A stretch of DNA of 63,222 nucleotides, the filler included, from Thraustochytrium aureum (lineage: Eukaryota): the NCBI GenBank assembly GCA_012862495.1. It is 6 parts of 4 records of this genome, joined end to end, with 100 filler letters (N's around TTAATTAATTAA, not from the genome) between each part and the next. Parts side by side here need not be neighbours in the genome. Positions count along the whole stretch, not along the records: positions 43,765 to 58,721 come from BLSG01000056.1; positions 58,822 to 60,222 come from BLSG01000059.1; positions 60,323 to 61,658 come from BLSG01000061.1; 3 more parts are not named here. One strand, given 5' to 3'. The notes under the pieces were generated by a model. It searched no databases. It was not told the DNA's origin and worked only from the letters and a program-made list of their open reading frames with translations. The position numbers and the translations under genes are program-made. The stretch's first letter is position 1. The number at the start of each line of letters is the position of its first letter. Of the stretch, positions 48,818 to 60,815 are shown piece after piece.

Positions 48818-49480
48818 TCACAACTCGCCCTTCACCATTCCCGCGGTAAAGGCAACGAAGAGGCCGTTCTCAAACACCATCACAGCAAATCCAACGAGGC
48901 GGAGAATCGCACGGGACGCTGCCGGCAGCGAAGCAATACGAGCTCGCCGCTTGGTCGCATGCGCCTCAGGTGGAAGGTCGTGTTTGCGCTCGAGCACTTT
49001 AAGGGCCACGAGGCTGCCTGCGAAGGCTGCGAAGGAGATACGAAACATGCGTTGGTATCGCTCCGAGTGCCGGAAGAGGCGCATGAGGAACAGGTGTTCG
49101 AACATGTAGATGGCCGCGGCAACCCCGTGCACGTTGTTGTTGAACCGGTCCTCGTTGAGCCCGAACACGACAGTCGCGAGGAACCCCTGCGCATACGTCC
49201 ACGCCGCGCGCGCGCGCACCTCCCCACTCGCGCTCCCGATCTTCAACACGTTGGCCACCTTCCACCAGCCCAGCGTCCACAGCACGTGGTGCGCCCATTT
49301 CGGCACCCCGCGTCTAATTGTGAACGAAATCGTCGCTGGAAAGACCGGCCCCGTTGGCCCCTCGTCGTGCAGCCCTCCATAGTACAGCGCGCACGGTACC
49401 CACTGCGCGGCGTGGAACAGGAGCTGCGCCTCTCGCAGTCCGCGCAGCGCCGCCTCGCTTCTCCTGCTCTCCAGCTTCAT
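48818..49480 (-). CDS. Multi-pass membrane protein of unknown function (weak Frag1/DRAM/Sfk1-like pattern)
   Basis: Uninterrupted ~220-aa ORF with several hydrophobic helices (AQGFLATVVFGL, VHGVAAAIYMF, FRISFAAFAGSLVAL, LVGFAVMVFENGLFVAFTAGMV). Confidence 0.7.
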   Translation of the reverse strand: MKLESRRSEAALRGLREAQLLFHAAQWVPCALYYGGLHDEGPTGPVFPATISFTIRRGVPKWAHHVLWTLGWWKVANVLKIGSASGEVRARAAWTYAQGFLATVVFGLNEDRFNNNVHGVAAAIYMFEHLFLMRLFRHSERYQRMFRISFAAFAGSLVALKVLERKHDLPPEAHATKRRARIASLPAASRAILRLVGFAVMVFENGLFVAFTAGMVKGEL

Positions 49481-50984
49481 GCTCGCTTTTGTCAAGTCAG
49501 GTAGGCGNNNNNNNNNNNNNNNNNNNNNNNNNNNNNNNNNNNNNNNNNNNNNNNNNNNNNNNNNNNNNNNNNNNNNNNNNNNNNNNNNNNNNNNNNNNNN
49601 NNNNNNNNNNNNNNNNNNNNNNNNNNNNNNNNNNNNNNNNNNNNNNNNNNNNNNNNNNNNNNNNNNNNNNNNNNNNNNNNNNNNNNNNNNNNNNNNNNNN
49701 NNNNNNNNNNNNNNNNNNNNNNNNNNNNNNNNNNNNNNNNNNNNNNNNNNNNNNNNNNNNNNNNNNNNNNNNNNNNNNNNNNNNNNNNNNNNNNNNNNNN
49801 NNNNNNNNNNNNNNNNNNNNNNNNNNNNNNNNNNNNNNNNNNNNNNNNNNNNNNNNNNNNNNNNNNNNNNNNNNNNNNNNNNNNNNNNNNNNNNNNNNNN
49901 NNNNNNNNNNNNNNNNNNNNNNNNNNNNNNNNNNNNNNNNNNNNNNNNNNNNNNNNNNNNNNNNNNNNNNNNNNNNNNNNNNNNNNNNNNNNGCTGCGAT
50001 GATGAGTCTGGGCAGTGTTGGGCATGCCCACGTGCAAGTGCTTTCTTGTCTTGATCAGGATGGCAGCGGAGACGCAGGCGCGCGCTTGACGTACTCCGAG
50101 TCCATGTGGTTGACGCTACGCTAAAGACGGCGCTGCCGAACCTTGTTGGGCCAGGCCCCAACAGGGACGTCTCGCTCCCCCACGGAAGAGGCTCGCTGGA
50201 GAGGACCCAGGCGCACTCTAGAGAGCGCGCCGGAAGCTCGTGATCCATCCCCTGCCATCACGCACAAACACGCCGGCCATGGCAACTTGGCAAGGCCCCC
50301 ACTCGCTCAAGTACCAACCGTCCGGCGCAGCCGCAACGCCCAAGCAAGCCCCGAAGCCCTCGACCGTCGAAGCCCAACACGCTGCGACGGGGCATCACCG
50401 CGCATCGCCGCGTGGCCAGCGTGGACTGCGAAGCATGCCGCATCATCGGCGCGCAAAAACGCACGAGCTCCACGCCGGCCACGCAAGCCCGCAGCATGGC
50501 ATCGGCCGGCGGCGAACGAACCAGCGACGCGAACGCAAAACGCACACTTCACGGCCGGGTCTGCGGCCTGCTTCGACTCGTACTTCCCGCCAGCCGGTCC
50601 AACTTGCACACCATCTCCTTCCTTTCTCACTGTTCAGGACATTGGACAGCGAGAATGCCGAGGACTCGGAGGGCAGGCAGACCTCGATTGATCGGACAAG
50701 TGCACAGAGTGCGTGCCGTGACCGCGACGAGACCCGGGCGTGGACGCGGCGAGTGGCACTGCCTCGAGGGCTTGAGGGCAAGGGGCAGGGTGTCCGGCCC
50801 TCGTCCTCGCGGCCGTCGAAATCGGCAGGCTGCGACAGCCCAAGACCTTGTGGAGCGGGCAGAGCGGGCGGTCGCTGGAGAGCTTCGCGGGCGTGACGCT
50901 GGGAAGGTACTGCTGCAGGCTGCTGGACGCCCCGGGTCGCGGTCGACGGGGCTGTTGCGGGTTTTGTGTTCTTGGATTTGCAGT

Positions 50985-51992
50985 ATGATGGTGCGCTGGA
51001 CGAGGGCCGCAGTGGTGATCGTCGCGGTTGTCGCGTCGACGAGCAGCATGCGAGCCGCCGCCCAAGGGTGTGCGGGTTTGCAGACGAGCCAACGTGCGAG
51101 GCCGCGGAGGGTTGCTATTGGGCCGACTTCCGCACGGAGCCAAAATGCGAGAGCATCCCCACGACCAACGCGGGGTGCGAATGCCGCCATTCATCCAACA
51201 CGTGCTCGGACCAAAACTCTGGCCCTGAAGGCGGCGGTTGCTTTCCACAACGGTTCTGTGTCGCTCAGCCCTTGGGAGGCTGCAAAGTAGTGCTGAAGGA
51301 TGATGTGAAGAGTGACGATGACTGCCGGGAGGACGGGACATCGTCCTGCAGGTGCGTGCCGAGCGAGTTTTGCGAGCGCAGCTCGATCTGGGATAGTAAG
51401 GTTTGCGATGCGCAATTCCTCTCCATCCACTGCTTCATTAAGAAGAACAGGACAGACGCCCCAACTGCAGGGCCGACCTTGCCAACTCCTTTGCCATCAC
51501 GCCGTCCCACGGGAAGCCCTGTGGAAAATCGTAGCGACGAGGCTGGTGTTGACCCGCTCATCATCGGCGGCGCTGTAGGTGGCCTGGTGGTGATCCTCGC
51601 ATCGATTGGCTTTTGCTTTTTGCGTGTCGCGGACGAAAGAGACGCAGGCGCTTCGCGGGGTCATCACAGCGGACGAATACCTTCAGGTTGCCAAACCGCC
51701 GCTTCCGGAGCTTCCGCAGCGGCAGACCCTCGACAAAGAGTTGCTCGCACCAGACGCTGAAGGGATGCGGCTCTTGGTCCTCTTTGACTTTGAGGCCGAG
51801 AACGAAGACGAACTGGACGTCCGTAAGGGCGAGGAGATCCTCGGGCTACTGCGCTACGACGAGTGGTGGGAGGCACGCACGCAAGACGGCATCTACGGCA
51901 TCATCCCAACGTCCTACGTTGACGAAATTGGCCTGACCGAGGGCGTTGTGGACGAGGACAACTTGCGCGCTGACGAGGATATCGACTTTTAG
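50985..51992 (+). CDS. Type I membrane protein: signal peptide, Cys-rich ectodomain, P/T stalk, TM, cytoplasmic SH3; frameshifts near 51078 and 51615
   Basis: Signal MMVRWTRAAVVIVAVVAS. TM PLIIGGAVGGLVVILASIG. SH3 LVLFDFEAENEDELDVRKGEEI...DEWWEAR..DG.YGIIPTSYV. Confidence 0.82.
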
Positions 51993-52351
51993 GCAGGGTT
52001 TGATGGATCGCATTGCGCACGACAGAACCTGCTGCTAATCACCCACGAGAGGGAATCGTGAGTGCGCGTGCCGCCTACGAGCGCCTGCTCCAAAATATCT
52101 TAGTTTTGTGTTTCTGCGATCTCGCGTTCTTGCTGAGCGCGCAATTCGTGAATTCGAGCGCACTGCATGACTTGCTCTGTCGACGGAGCCCCTCTCTGCA
52201 AAAGTGCGCAAAGGGGCCGTCTGCGGTGCGCTGAAAACGCGCGGCGACTCGTGCGCGCAGCCCTTCTATTGGAGCCTACTGATTCGCAAGGCGCGACCGC
52301 TTTTTTCAAGTCCATTCATGCCCTGAAAGAAACGACTCTGCGCGCGCCAAG

Positions 52352-55300
52352 TCAGAGCAGCGCCTCGGCAGGGTCGAGCCCGGCGCGCTGCTCAAGACTG
52401 CGCAGCTCGGCCAAGTCGCTGGCGCTGATCCCCTCCATGCCGCGCAAAGACTCAACAAGGTTGGCAGCCTCCTCGAAACGGTTGCGCAGCAGCAGAACGC
52501 GAGCGAGCGAGACCTGCACGCTCGGCGGCGCGTGACAAAGCTGGCCTCCACTCCGGGAGGCAGCTTCCAAAACGCGCTGGGCGAGGTCGAGTTGGCCGGC
52601 CCCGGCGAACGCGAGGCCAAGGTCGTGCAAGAGAGCGACGTCGTCCAGCTCAAGGCGCAGAGCCTGCTCGAGCGCGATCTCGGCGAGCTCTGCAAAACCC
52701 TCTCTTGGCACAGGCAGCGACGCTTGGGCCCGGCATGCGAGCGCGAGCCAGCCCCACGTTGCTTTGTCGCAGCGGTCCATAAGGTTTGCCTCAGTGAGGG
52801 CGTCGACGGCGGCGTCGAGCTCGCCCAGCACTAGACTGCGCCTGGCCGAGGCTCGACCACGCCAGCGGCGACGGGGACGAGCTGCAGACGACAACCAGGG
52901 TGTCCCGAGCCTCCTCCAGGCGGCCGCGCGCGAGGAGCCCTCGCCCAAACACGAGCAGGGCGCCTTGGGCGATCCTCGTTGGGAGCACAATGCGCCACGC
53001 TTCTTCGCCCTCTGACCGGGCAGAACGCCCATCTCCAACCTCGCGCTCCACCAAGGCTGCCGCAGCACGCTCTAGAAGCGCGAAAACGCCGCCCGATTCC
53101 GCTGTTGGGTCGCTGCGCAACAGCCAGGCCAACAACGCAACCGCGTCTGGCGCGTCAGCATCCAGGTCGCTGGCCTGCTGCAGGAGAGACTCGCCGTGGT
53201 CTGTGTCCCCGCGAAGCACGCACGCCCAACCTTGAAGCAGCTTGCCGTTCAAACGCAAAACACGCGCCAATCGATTGCTTTCCACNNNNNNNNNNNNNNN
53301 NNNNNNNNNNNNNNNNNNNNNNNNNNNNNNNNNNNNNNNNNNNNNNNNNNNNNNNNNNNNNNNNNNNNNNNNNNNNNNNNNNNNNNNNNNNNNNNNNNNN
53401 NNNNNNNNNNNNNNNNNNNNNNNNNNNNNNNNNNNNNNNNNNNNNNNNNNNNNNNNNNNNNNNACTTTACGGGCAGCGAGAAGGCGCTCGGCCACGCCGG
53501 GAAGGTTCCACTCGAGGCAGGTGCGCGCGGCGAGGGACATCATGTGCACGAACGCCAACCGCTCGTCATCGACTGCGCCGTCGGGAACAGGCTCGCAAGC
53601 GCGTGAGAGAACAAAGCTGGCGCTCGGCCGCCTTTCGCCTACCCGAACGTCTAGGGTGTGAAGCGCGCCGTTCGCCGCCACGTAGCACTCCCGTGCCAGC
53701 GCGTCGCTCCGAGGCAGCACGGCGTCGTCTGCGGCTGCAGCGGCGAGAAAGACCTCTGGCAAGCCTTCTTCACCAAAGCGGACCTCGCTCAGCCAAAGCC
53801 CGTAGGCAGCGAGGCTCGTGACATCCGTGTCGCAAATTGCGATGGCCTGTTGCAAGCACTCAGCGGCGACTGCGCTGAACTCGGCGCCGCGTTTGACGTT
53901 GAACAGGCCGTACTCGAGCCACACGGCAGGGTCGACGGGGATGTCGCAATCATACGCCGCGCTAGCCGCGCGCTCCGCTTCGCCCACGCGTTCCTGCAAA
54001 ATCGCCTCGGCGCGGTCAAGGTCGCCCAAAGCCTCTGCGTCCTTCGCGCGGGCCAACAAACGGCCGAGTTTGACGCCGAGCTCAGAAGCGACGCGGCAGG
54101 CATTTGGAGGCTTGCCCGGAAGCACAGCCTTGCCTTGTCGCGCGGCATCAAGTTTGTCGTTCAACGCTCGGTGAACGAGCCGCATGACGCGCTCGTACAC
54201 GGTGCTGTACATGGCGTCGCCCTCCATGTTGAGTTTAGTGCGGTTTTCGCAGACAAACTTGGAAACAGCTGCTTTGAGCATCTCTCGAATCAGGCTGTAC
54301 TTGCCTGACGCGGTCAGCTCAAACATGAGCCGCTCGGTGACGCCGATGTGCACTGGCGCGGGCTGGGGGCTTTTGGGAGAGCTGGCCGACATGGCTGACT
54401 TGGGCGACCCCGCTCCACCATTTGACATGACGGACGGGGACAAAAACAAGCTTCCGTCCCCAAGGCCGCCCTCTGCTTCGTGAGCGGCCGCGACAGCTGC
54501 AAACTCGTCCGCAACCAGCTCGACGATGGCGCATACTTCATGGTCGATGAGCTCTTGGCCCGACTGGTGGCGGATCTGGCGCGGCGGCCGGCTGCTGATG
54601 ATATCTCGCGGTGTTCGCAACGCGGGAGGTGGCGGCGATTGGCGAGCGTTCAGAGCGGGGCGGATCGTCGCGTCAAACGCCACCTCGACCGTTACTGGCG
54701 CCTCCTGATGCTCGTCAGTCGACGCGCTGCTCTGGGCTTCGCCGCCAGATAGCGGTTCTGCAGTGGCCGCTAGTGTCAGGGCCAGACGCGTCTTGGCGCT
54801 GGTCAGCTCGGTCGCTTCCTCCAACAGCCGAGCAAGGCTAATCGTTCCCTTGGCGGCGCTGAGAAACAGCGGGGGCTCGCCCTTGGCCTTGGGGTCCACG
54901 GGTGGCCGGGGAAACCGGCAGGCGAGCGGGACCTCGCCAAGTTGATTGTCGACGAGGCTTTGGACCGTGCCACCTCCAACGAACAAAACGTGAAATTGGG
55001 CGCCTTCTGCCTTGAGCCTCACGCACGTGCGCGTCTTGGCGGGCTCCGGGTCCTGCTCTGTGTCTCCATCTCCGTTGTCCGTTGCCTCGTCGGGTCCCTG
55101 CGCGCTCGGATTTTCGCCCGCGTCCGCGTCCAAGGTTTGCTCATACGGGTCAACTGGTCCTCGGGCGGCCAGCCGGCCGAGGATGTCGAGCTCTAGCTCA
55201 CCACCCGTAGTGACAGCCACCTTTGCCCACGGCTCGGGAAGGTCCGCCAGGACGAAACTTGCCAGAGAGAGAAAATCGCCCAGCTGCGCACACTGCTGTA

Positions 55301-55965
55301 AGCGGGCCGTCCGCGGCGAGCTCGACCTGGACCGCGAGCTGACGGAGCGCCCCACTTTCTGCCAGGTTCTCTTGACTTTGCTCGCTCTCTGCGCTGCCAA
55401 CTAGCCAGATGGTTTGAGTCTGAGCGCTGGACGCGCGGACGAGGAGTTCGAGCAGTGGGATCGAGCGCTCCCCAACAAGCACGTCCTCCTCCACCGTGCC
55501 GGTCTCGCCCGTGTAGGCCTGAACAAGTAGGTCGCCGATCCCGGGGGTTGCGAGCCGCGACAGGAACGCCTCATTGAGCGGCAGGCCAGTGAGCTCGCCG
55601 GTGCTGCAGATAGGTCCGCTCACGCACTCCACAACCTCCGACCGCCCGCTCCAGCAGCGCCGCGGCCCTCGGTCAGTGGGCCCCACACCGTCGCCCACCG
55701 CGTGCAGCTCGCTTTCCTGCTCCGCTGACGTCTCGTCGGCGAGGACGTTGAGCGACCACTTGAACCAAAGGCCCACGAGGTCATTCCCTGGCGCGACGGT
55801 TGCCTCGTTCAACTTGACCCGCAAGCTCCCGAACTGCGTCGGGTCCCTGGGCGCGTCCTGCCTCCCTGCCTCGCCTTCATCATGCCCGGCGATACTCTCC
55901 TCGCCCTCCAACGTCTTGGACTCTTCGGTGGGGTCCGCCGCCTTTGCGGGAGTCGTTTTCGCCAT
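52352..55965 (-). CDS. CFAP70: Cilia- and flagella-associated protein 70 (TTC18)-like TPR protein; frameshifts near 55275 and 52835, one gap
   Basis: The motif LMFELTASGKYSLIREMLKAAVSKFVCE is recognisable as the CFAP70 'L.Y.LN.SGKY..FKE.LK.AVVKIVRE' block. It is followed by TPRs and the C-terminal AVDALTEANLMD......WGWLAL.C. Confidence 0.75.
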
Positions 55966-56738
55966 TCTCGTCGGCGTCCACGAGCTGCGGCCCTCGCGGT
56001 TTCGTTGCGTCTACCACGCGCAAGCGCCTATGCTCTCTCGCCTTGTGCGTCTGCCCGCCTGCCCGCCCGCAACCTGCTGGGGTGGTCTTGTGCTGGTCTT
56101 GTGCTGCAGGTGTGAGAACTCGAGCGCAACGGTATTATCAGGTCAGTCCTGAGCTCCTCCTGACTGGCGTAAGATGCCTCCTTGCGTGGCAACGGGGCGC
56201 GTCCGTCCGCTTTCGGCGCTGTATCGGCGCTGCACTCCGTTCCGATGGCCGGCACGGAGTCTGGGTTTGGCACGCGGGCAAAAGCGGTGCGAGCGCAGGC
56301 GTCGCGCCTGGTGCACCCGCGTAATTCAAAAGGTCATCGTGAGGAAGGGCAGAAGGCTTCCTTATTCGTAGTGCACACCGTGGGTGTCCATGGCGCCTGT
56401 TCTCGTCGCATGTCACGGACTGCACAGTGCGGAGACCGGAGAGGTGCGCAGGTGCCCGACGGCCAGGTGAGTAGAGTNNNNNNNNNNNNNNNNNNNNNNN
56501 NNNNNNNNNNNNNNNNNNNNNNNNNNNNNNNNNNNNNNNNNNNNNNNNNNNNNNNNNNNNNNNNNNNNNNNNNNNNNNNNNNNNNNNNNNNNNNNNNNNN
56601 NNNNNNNNNNNNNNNACTGTAGAGTCGAGGAGCTTGGTGCAGCTAGCGAGCCAGCCAGCCAGCCAGCCAGCCACTAGCTACTTCCGGCCTGCCCGCCCGC
56701 CCGCCCGCCCGCGTGACTTGCGGCGACGCGGCACGAAG

Positions 56739-57713
56739 ATGGCGCGCGGCAACGCCGCCTTTGCTGGAGTCACGCTGGCGCTCTGCGTGGCGGGGGCTAT
56801 GGCGAAGAAAAAGGGCGATGATGACGGCCCCGGGTTTCTGTCGGTGCTGCTGGCGAGCCTCCTGCCCGCGGTGATCGCCGTCGTCGTCGGGTATGTGATT
56901 GTTTTCCCGATTGATTTCGTGCGAGCTAGCCCGGCGTTCAGGCGGCGGAGTGCGGGCCGTAGGTTTGAGCCAATCGCCTTCTTCGAGGCGGTCCCGGAGG
57001 CGCTCGCCGATATTGCCAAGCCAGACTCTATCGAGCTGTTCCTGCAGCGCATCCTCCTGTTTGCGCCGCGCTTGACGCTCAAGCTGACTGTGTATGCCAT
57101 GGTGCGCGGGCGCGGCAAGGGCAGCGTCGGCAAGTTTGTCGTCGCTGCAACTGTGTCTGCGCTTGTGACACTCCTGTACGCGTTCCCGTTCCGGAAGGCC
57201 GAGCTGGACCACGCGATCACGACCGGCCGGTTTGACCAGCTCTATGAAATCCTCAGGAAGAAGGCCAGCGCGCGGGGCATTGCGTCGCTGTACAACGGGT
57301 TTCTGGCGGCTGCCCCCTTCGCGGTCGTGAACAGCATACTAATGTTTACGCTCATGGAGATAGTGAGCGCGAACGTTGAGGAGAAGGCAGTTATGGTTTT
57401 GGTCCTCGCGGCGCCAATCGCCGTTGTTGGGGCCTCTGTGCTCTCGTCGCCTCTGGATCAGCTTCGCCAGCTCATTGTGGGCGACCCTCTGGATGTCAAG
57501 GAGTTTCTTTTTGGGTACGACTCGGAGGGCGTCCAGCGCAAGGCCGTCAACCCGGACTGGATCCTGCTCAAGGACTACGTGTTGCGCATCTTGGACCACT
57601 GGCTTGGACGCGGGCTGCAAAACATGTTTGGCAAGGTCAACCTCAGCGTCAACTCGACGGCTGTCGCGCTTGGCCTTGGCCTGCATCACTTGATGGTCCG
57701 CCCGAGAAACTAG
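56739..57713 (+). CDS. Divergent mitochondrial carrier (SLC25)-like protein with a hydrophobic N-terminal extension
   Basis: Three Px[D/E]xx[K/R]-type positions (FPIDFVR, FPFRKAE degenerate, SPLDQLR) and GIASLYNGF resembling the [DE]G..GLY[KR]G motif; multiple TM helices. Confidence 0.7.
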   Translation: MARGNAAFAGVTLALCVAGAMAKKKGDDDGPGFLSVLLASLLPAVIAVVVGYVIVFPIDFVRASPAFRRRSAGRRFEPIAFFEAVPEALADIAKPDSIELFLQRILLFAPRLTLKLTVYAMVRGRGKGSVGKFVVAATVSALVTLLYAFPFRKAELDHAITTGRFDQLYEILRKKASARGIASLYNGFLAAAPFAVVNSILMFTLMEIVSANVEEKAVMVLVLAAPIAVVGASVLSSPLDQLRQLIVGDPLDVKEFLFGYDSEGVQRKAVNPDWILLKDYVLRILDHWLGRGLQNMFGKVNLSVNSTAVALGLGLHHLMVRPRN

Positions 57714-58323
57714 CTGCGTGTCTCGTGCCGCGCGCCCCGGCTTCTCCTGACCGGCGCCCCTCAACGAGCGCAGATCCCTCGGTCGGCGTTCCTCCTTCCA
57801 AGCGTCGCGTGCGTGCGTGCGCTGCGCGTCCAGCGCCATCCGCCGTAAGCTCGAACACGAGGCAGCGCGGCTGCCTGCTACTCGTTTCGCGACTCGGGGC
57901 CGGCAGCGCGGCCGCCGCACGGCGCGAAAGAGCTCTGGGTAGAGCAGTGGTACTGTCATACGAAATAAGAAGCAAGACAACTCATCAGCCCAGCCCGCAA
58001 CAGACCAGCACGATCCAGGCGCGCCGCGGCGACCGTCCATCTCGCTCGGCTTGCCCGCGCAAAGAATCCAAGTCGAAAGCTTGTCGAAAGCTGTCGAAAG
58101 CTATCTTTTTTTTTCGTTTCGAAGACGTGCGCCAGCGCTCATCAAACTCGCTTCCGTCCAAGATCAAGTTGAAAGCGCCCCAGACACAGACGCGAGCCTC
58201 GCCAGCCGAGTCCGCGAGTGGAAAAGCCGAGCTGCTCCCTCGCGTTGGGCTGCCCCCGGAAGCGCTCGAAAGCGAGTTGCTTGCTGGGAGACTGCGAGGT
58301 GGTCGTCGTCGCGCACAGGAACG

Positions 58324-58721
58324 ATGAGATTCGGCTTGGTCGCACTCGCCGCGAGCGCGTGCGTCGCCGCGGCGACGGGGCCGGACGGCGTGAGCCCGGC
58401 CCCGACGCCGATGCTCCCGGCGGCGGAGGTCGACGAGCTGGAGCTGGTCGAGCCCACAGCCATGTTTGGCCCGCCAGCCGCCGAGGCGAAGCGGGTGTAC
58501 GTCGTGAGTGGCGCAACCGGGCGGACCGGAGCACGTGCATACGCTAAAATGGTTGCGGGCGGAGCTGTTCAGGTCCGCGCCTTGGTACGTAACGCGACCA
58601 AGGCGCAGGACCGCCTCAACTGCGGGGCCTGCACCGAGGCTGAGGGCGTGTTTATCGGCGACGTGACGGACAAGGCGAGCCTGGAGCGCGCATTTGAGGG
58701 CGCCAACGGACTCGTTATCCT
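58324..58721 (+). CDS. NAD(P)-binding Rossmann-fold protein (atypical SDR/NmrA-like) with signal peptide; 3' truncated
   Basis: Signal MRFGLVALAASACVAAA. VYVVSGATGRTG, VRALVRN and FIGDVTDKASLERAFEG are typical of atypical SDRs. Confidence 0.8.
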
Positions 58722-58821
58722 NNNNNNNNNNNNNNNNNNNNNNNNNNNNNNNNNNNNNNNNNNNNTTAATTAATTAANNNNNNNNNNNNNNNNNNNNNNN
58801 NNNNNNNNNNNNNNNNNNNNN

Positions 58822-60222
58822 GAACCTGCCGCACCGAAATCGCGCGGAAGCGGGCTGGGACTACGGAGCTCCGGGGCGACCTCCACCGCGTTGAGCGCCT
58901 GGCTCCCAGAAGAAGGAACCGTGCGGGCGTCGCTGGCCGCGGGCGCGCTGCCGCTTGCCAAAATCTCGTCCGCGAGCGACGTCTCCGCGAGCGACGCGGC
59001 TAGTTCCGTGACTTCGCAGAGGTCGCCGTGGTCTTCGCCTGCCTCTTTCAGGTGCTTTGCGAGCGGCGACCACGAAGGCAGGACGACGCCGCTCTGACTA
59101 ACTGCGGCGGGAATGGTCGCCGAGCACACGACCTGATTGCGACCAGCAAAGGCGAGGCGCTCGCAAGAAACGCGCTTCGGGTCTTTAGCGACCAGAAAGC
59201 GAACGAAATCGTCGTACTTGCGCACATGTTGCCGATGCTTGAACAGGTTGGGGAAGACGCAGCAAGGCACAGTGGGCGAATGGCACCCCGAGCGAGAGGC
59301 CCCAGTCTACGATGGCCTCCGTGGCCTGGTCTGCGTGCATGCCTACTATTGCAGAGCACGATTTCAGGGCGGCCTCCAGACGGGCCCGCTCCCGTGCGCT
59401 GTCGCAGAGGCGGTCGTCCACATAGGCCCCCTGCTCGACGACCTCGCCCGCGTCGAGCGGGTACCAGAAAAAGCAGCGAATGTGGTCGGGCATGGGGACA
59501 ACAAGCGGGCCCGCCTCGCCTGCCGCGCCGCCGGCGCGCTCGCGCCGGAGCAGCATGCGACGAATGTGGCCCCGCGTGAGACTACGCATCATGTACGGCA
59601 CGTCAAGCGGACGCGGGTCGACGACTGTGGTCTTGATGCCGGCAAAGTTGACCAGCTTGAAGGCAAGCTCGCCCTTGCCCCCGGCGACGTCAAGGACGCC
59701 CGAGCCGCCCTGGAGTCGCTGCAAGCCAAACCGTTTCTCGATCCAGTTCCGAAACGTCGCAAAGCGGTCACCGGTCCGGACGCGGCACCCGCCGCCGCCC
59801 CAGCCAGTCCGCGCCGGCTTGGGCGCGGCAGCGCCGATTCTCGCCTGCTTCTCCGTTTGCCGTGGCGCTTGGGCTTGGGCGAGCCCCGTCGCTGCGCATC
59901 CCGTAAGATCGCGATTCTCGCCACTGTCGTTGGCGGCGGCCTCGCCGTCGGTGGTTGCGTTGCTCGGGCGGTCGCTGCTGTCGGGCTTGTCCGTTTTCGG
60001 CGAGCCCACGACCATGCCGACAAGCGTACGCTCCGCGCCGAAGGCGACGCTGAGAACATCGCCCGCGCTCCGCAGGCTCCTCGCGAGCCTCCACGCCGCA
60101 TCGAGCTGCGACTCCAGGCCCAGGTCGTCCAAGAAGGCGCTCGCAGCGGGGANCGCAAGGACGACGTCGCCAGCTCGCCCGACGCGACCTCCCTCCCCGG
60201 CGGCGGCAGCGTCGCCGATCGG
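58822..60222 (-). CDS. Class I SAM-dependent methyltransferase-like protein; ends bounded by linkers; frameshift near 59275
   Basis: VLDVAGGKGELAF (motif I), TTVVDPR, IVGMHADQATEAIVD..L....PFA.VPCCVF and LAFAGRNQVV. Confidence 0.78.
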
Positions 60223-60815
60223 NNNNNNNNNNNNNNNNNNNNNNNNNNNNNNNNNNNNNNNNNNNNTTAATTAATTAANNNNNNNNNNNNNNNNNNNNNN
60301 NNNNNNNNNNNNNNNNNNNNNNTTCTTCCCGAGCTTCAAGGCCTGGACGGACGCCCGCCGCGCGCGCACACGGCCCCGGCGATCAAAGGCGCACTGCAGC
60401 TCCTCCTCGTCCTCCTCCTCCTCGTGCTCCTCGTCCTGCCTGCTTGATGCGATGGACGATGGAGGAGGACGACCACGAAGCGCGACGGGCTGCCGCGGGC
60501 GCAGAGCCCAGTCGAGCTGACGCGGCCCCGGTCGAGAGCGCACTGGCGGGGAAGCTCGACCTGCGCGGTGGACGACCCGAGGACGTGAATGACGGCGAGG
60601 TCGGCCTCTGAGGAAGGCCGTGGGTGAACGAACGTCGGGCGAGCTTGTTCGCGACGTGGACTTGGCCTGTTCGCCAGGTCGCCGACACCAGATGCAGCGA
60701 GCGTCCGAGGACCTGGCTGACGGGCAGCCGGGGACTCTGTCTGCTCGCCAGGTCGCCGGCATCTGCTGCTGCGACCGTCCGGGGACGTGTCTAGAGTGGG
60801 GCTTGGTCTGGCCAA

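Noticed and set aside
48312..49109. 265-aa plus-strand ORF with a poly-Thr tract
   Set aside because: It has no recognisable motif, overlaps the minus-strand membrane protein antisense, and the Thr run comes from an (ACG/ACA)n microsatellite.
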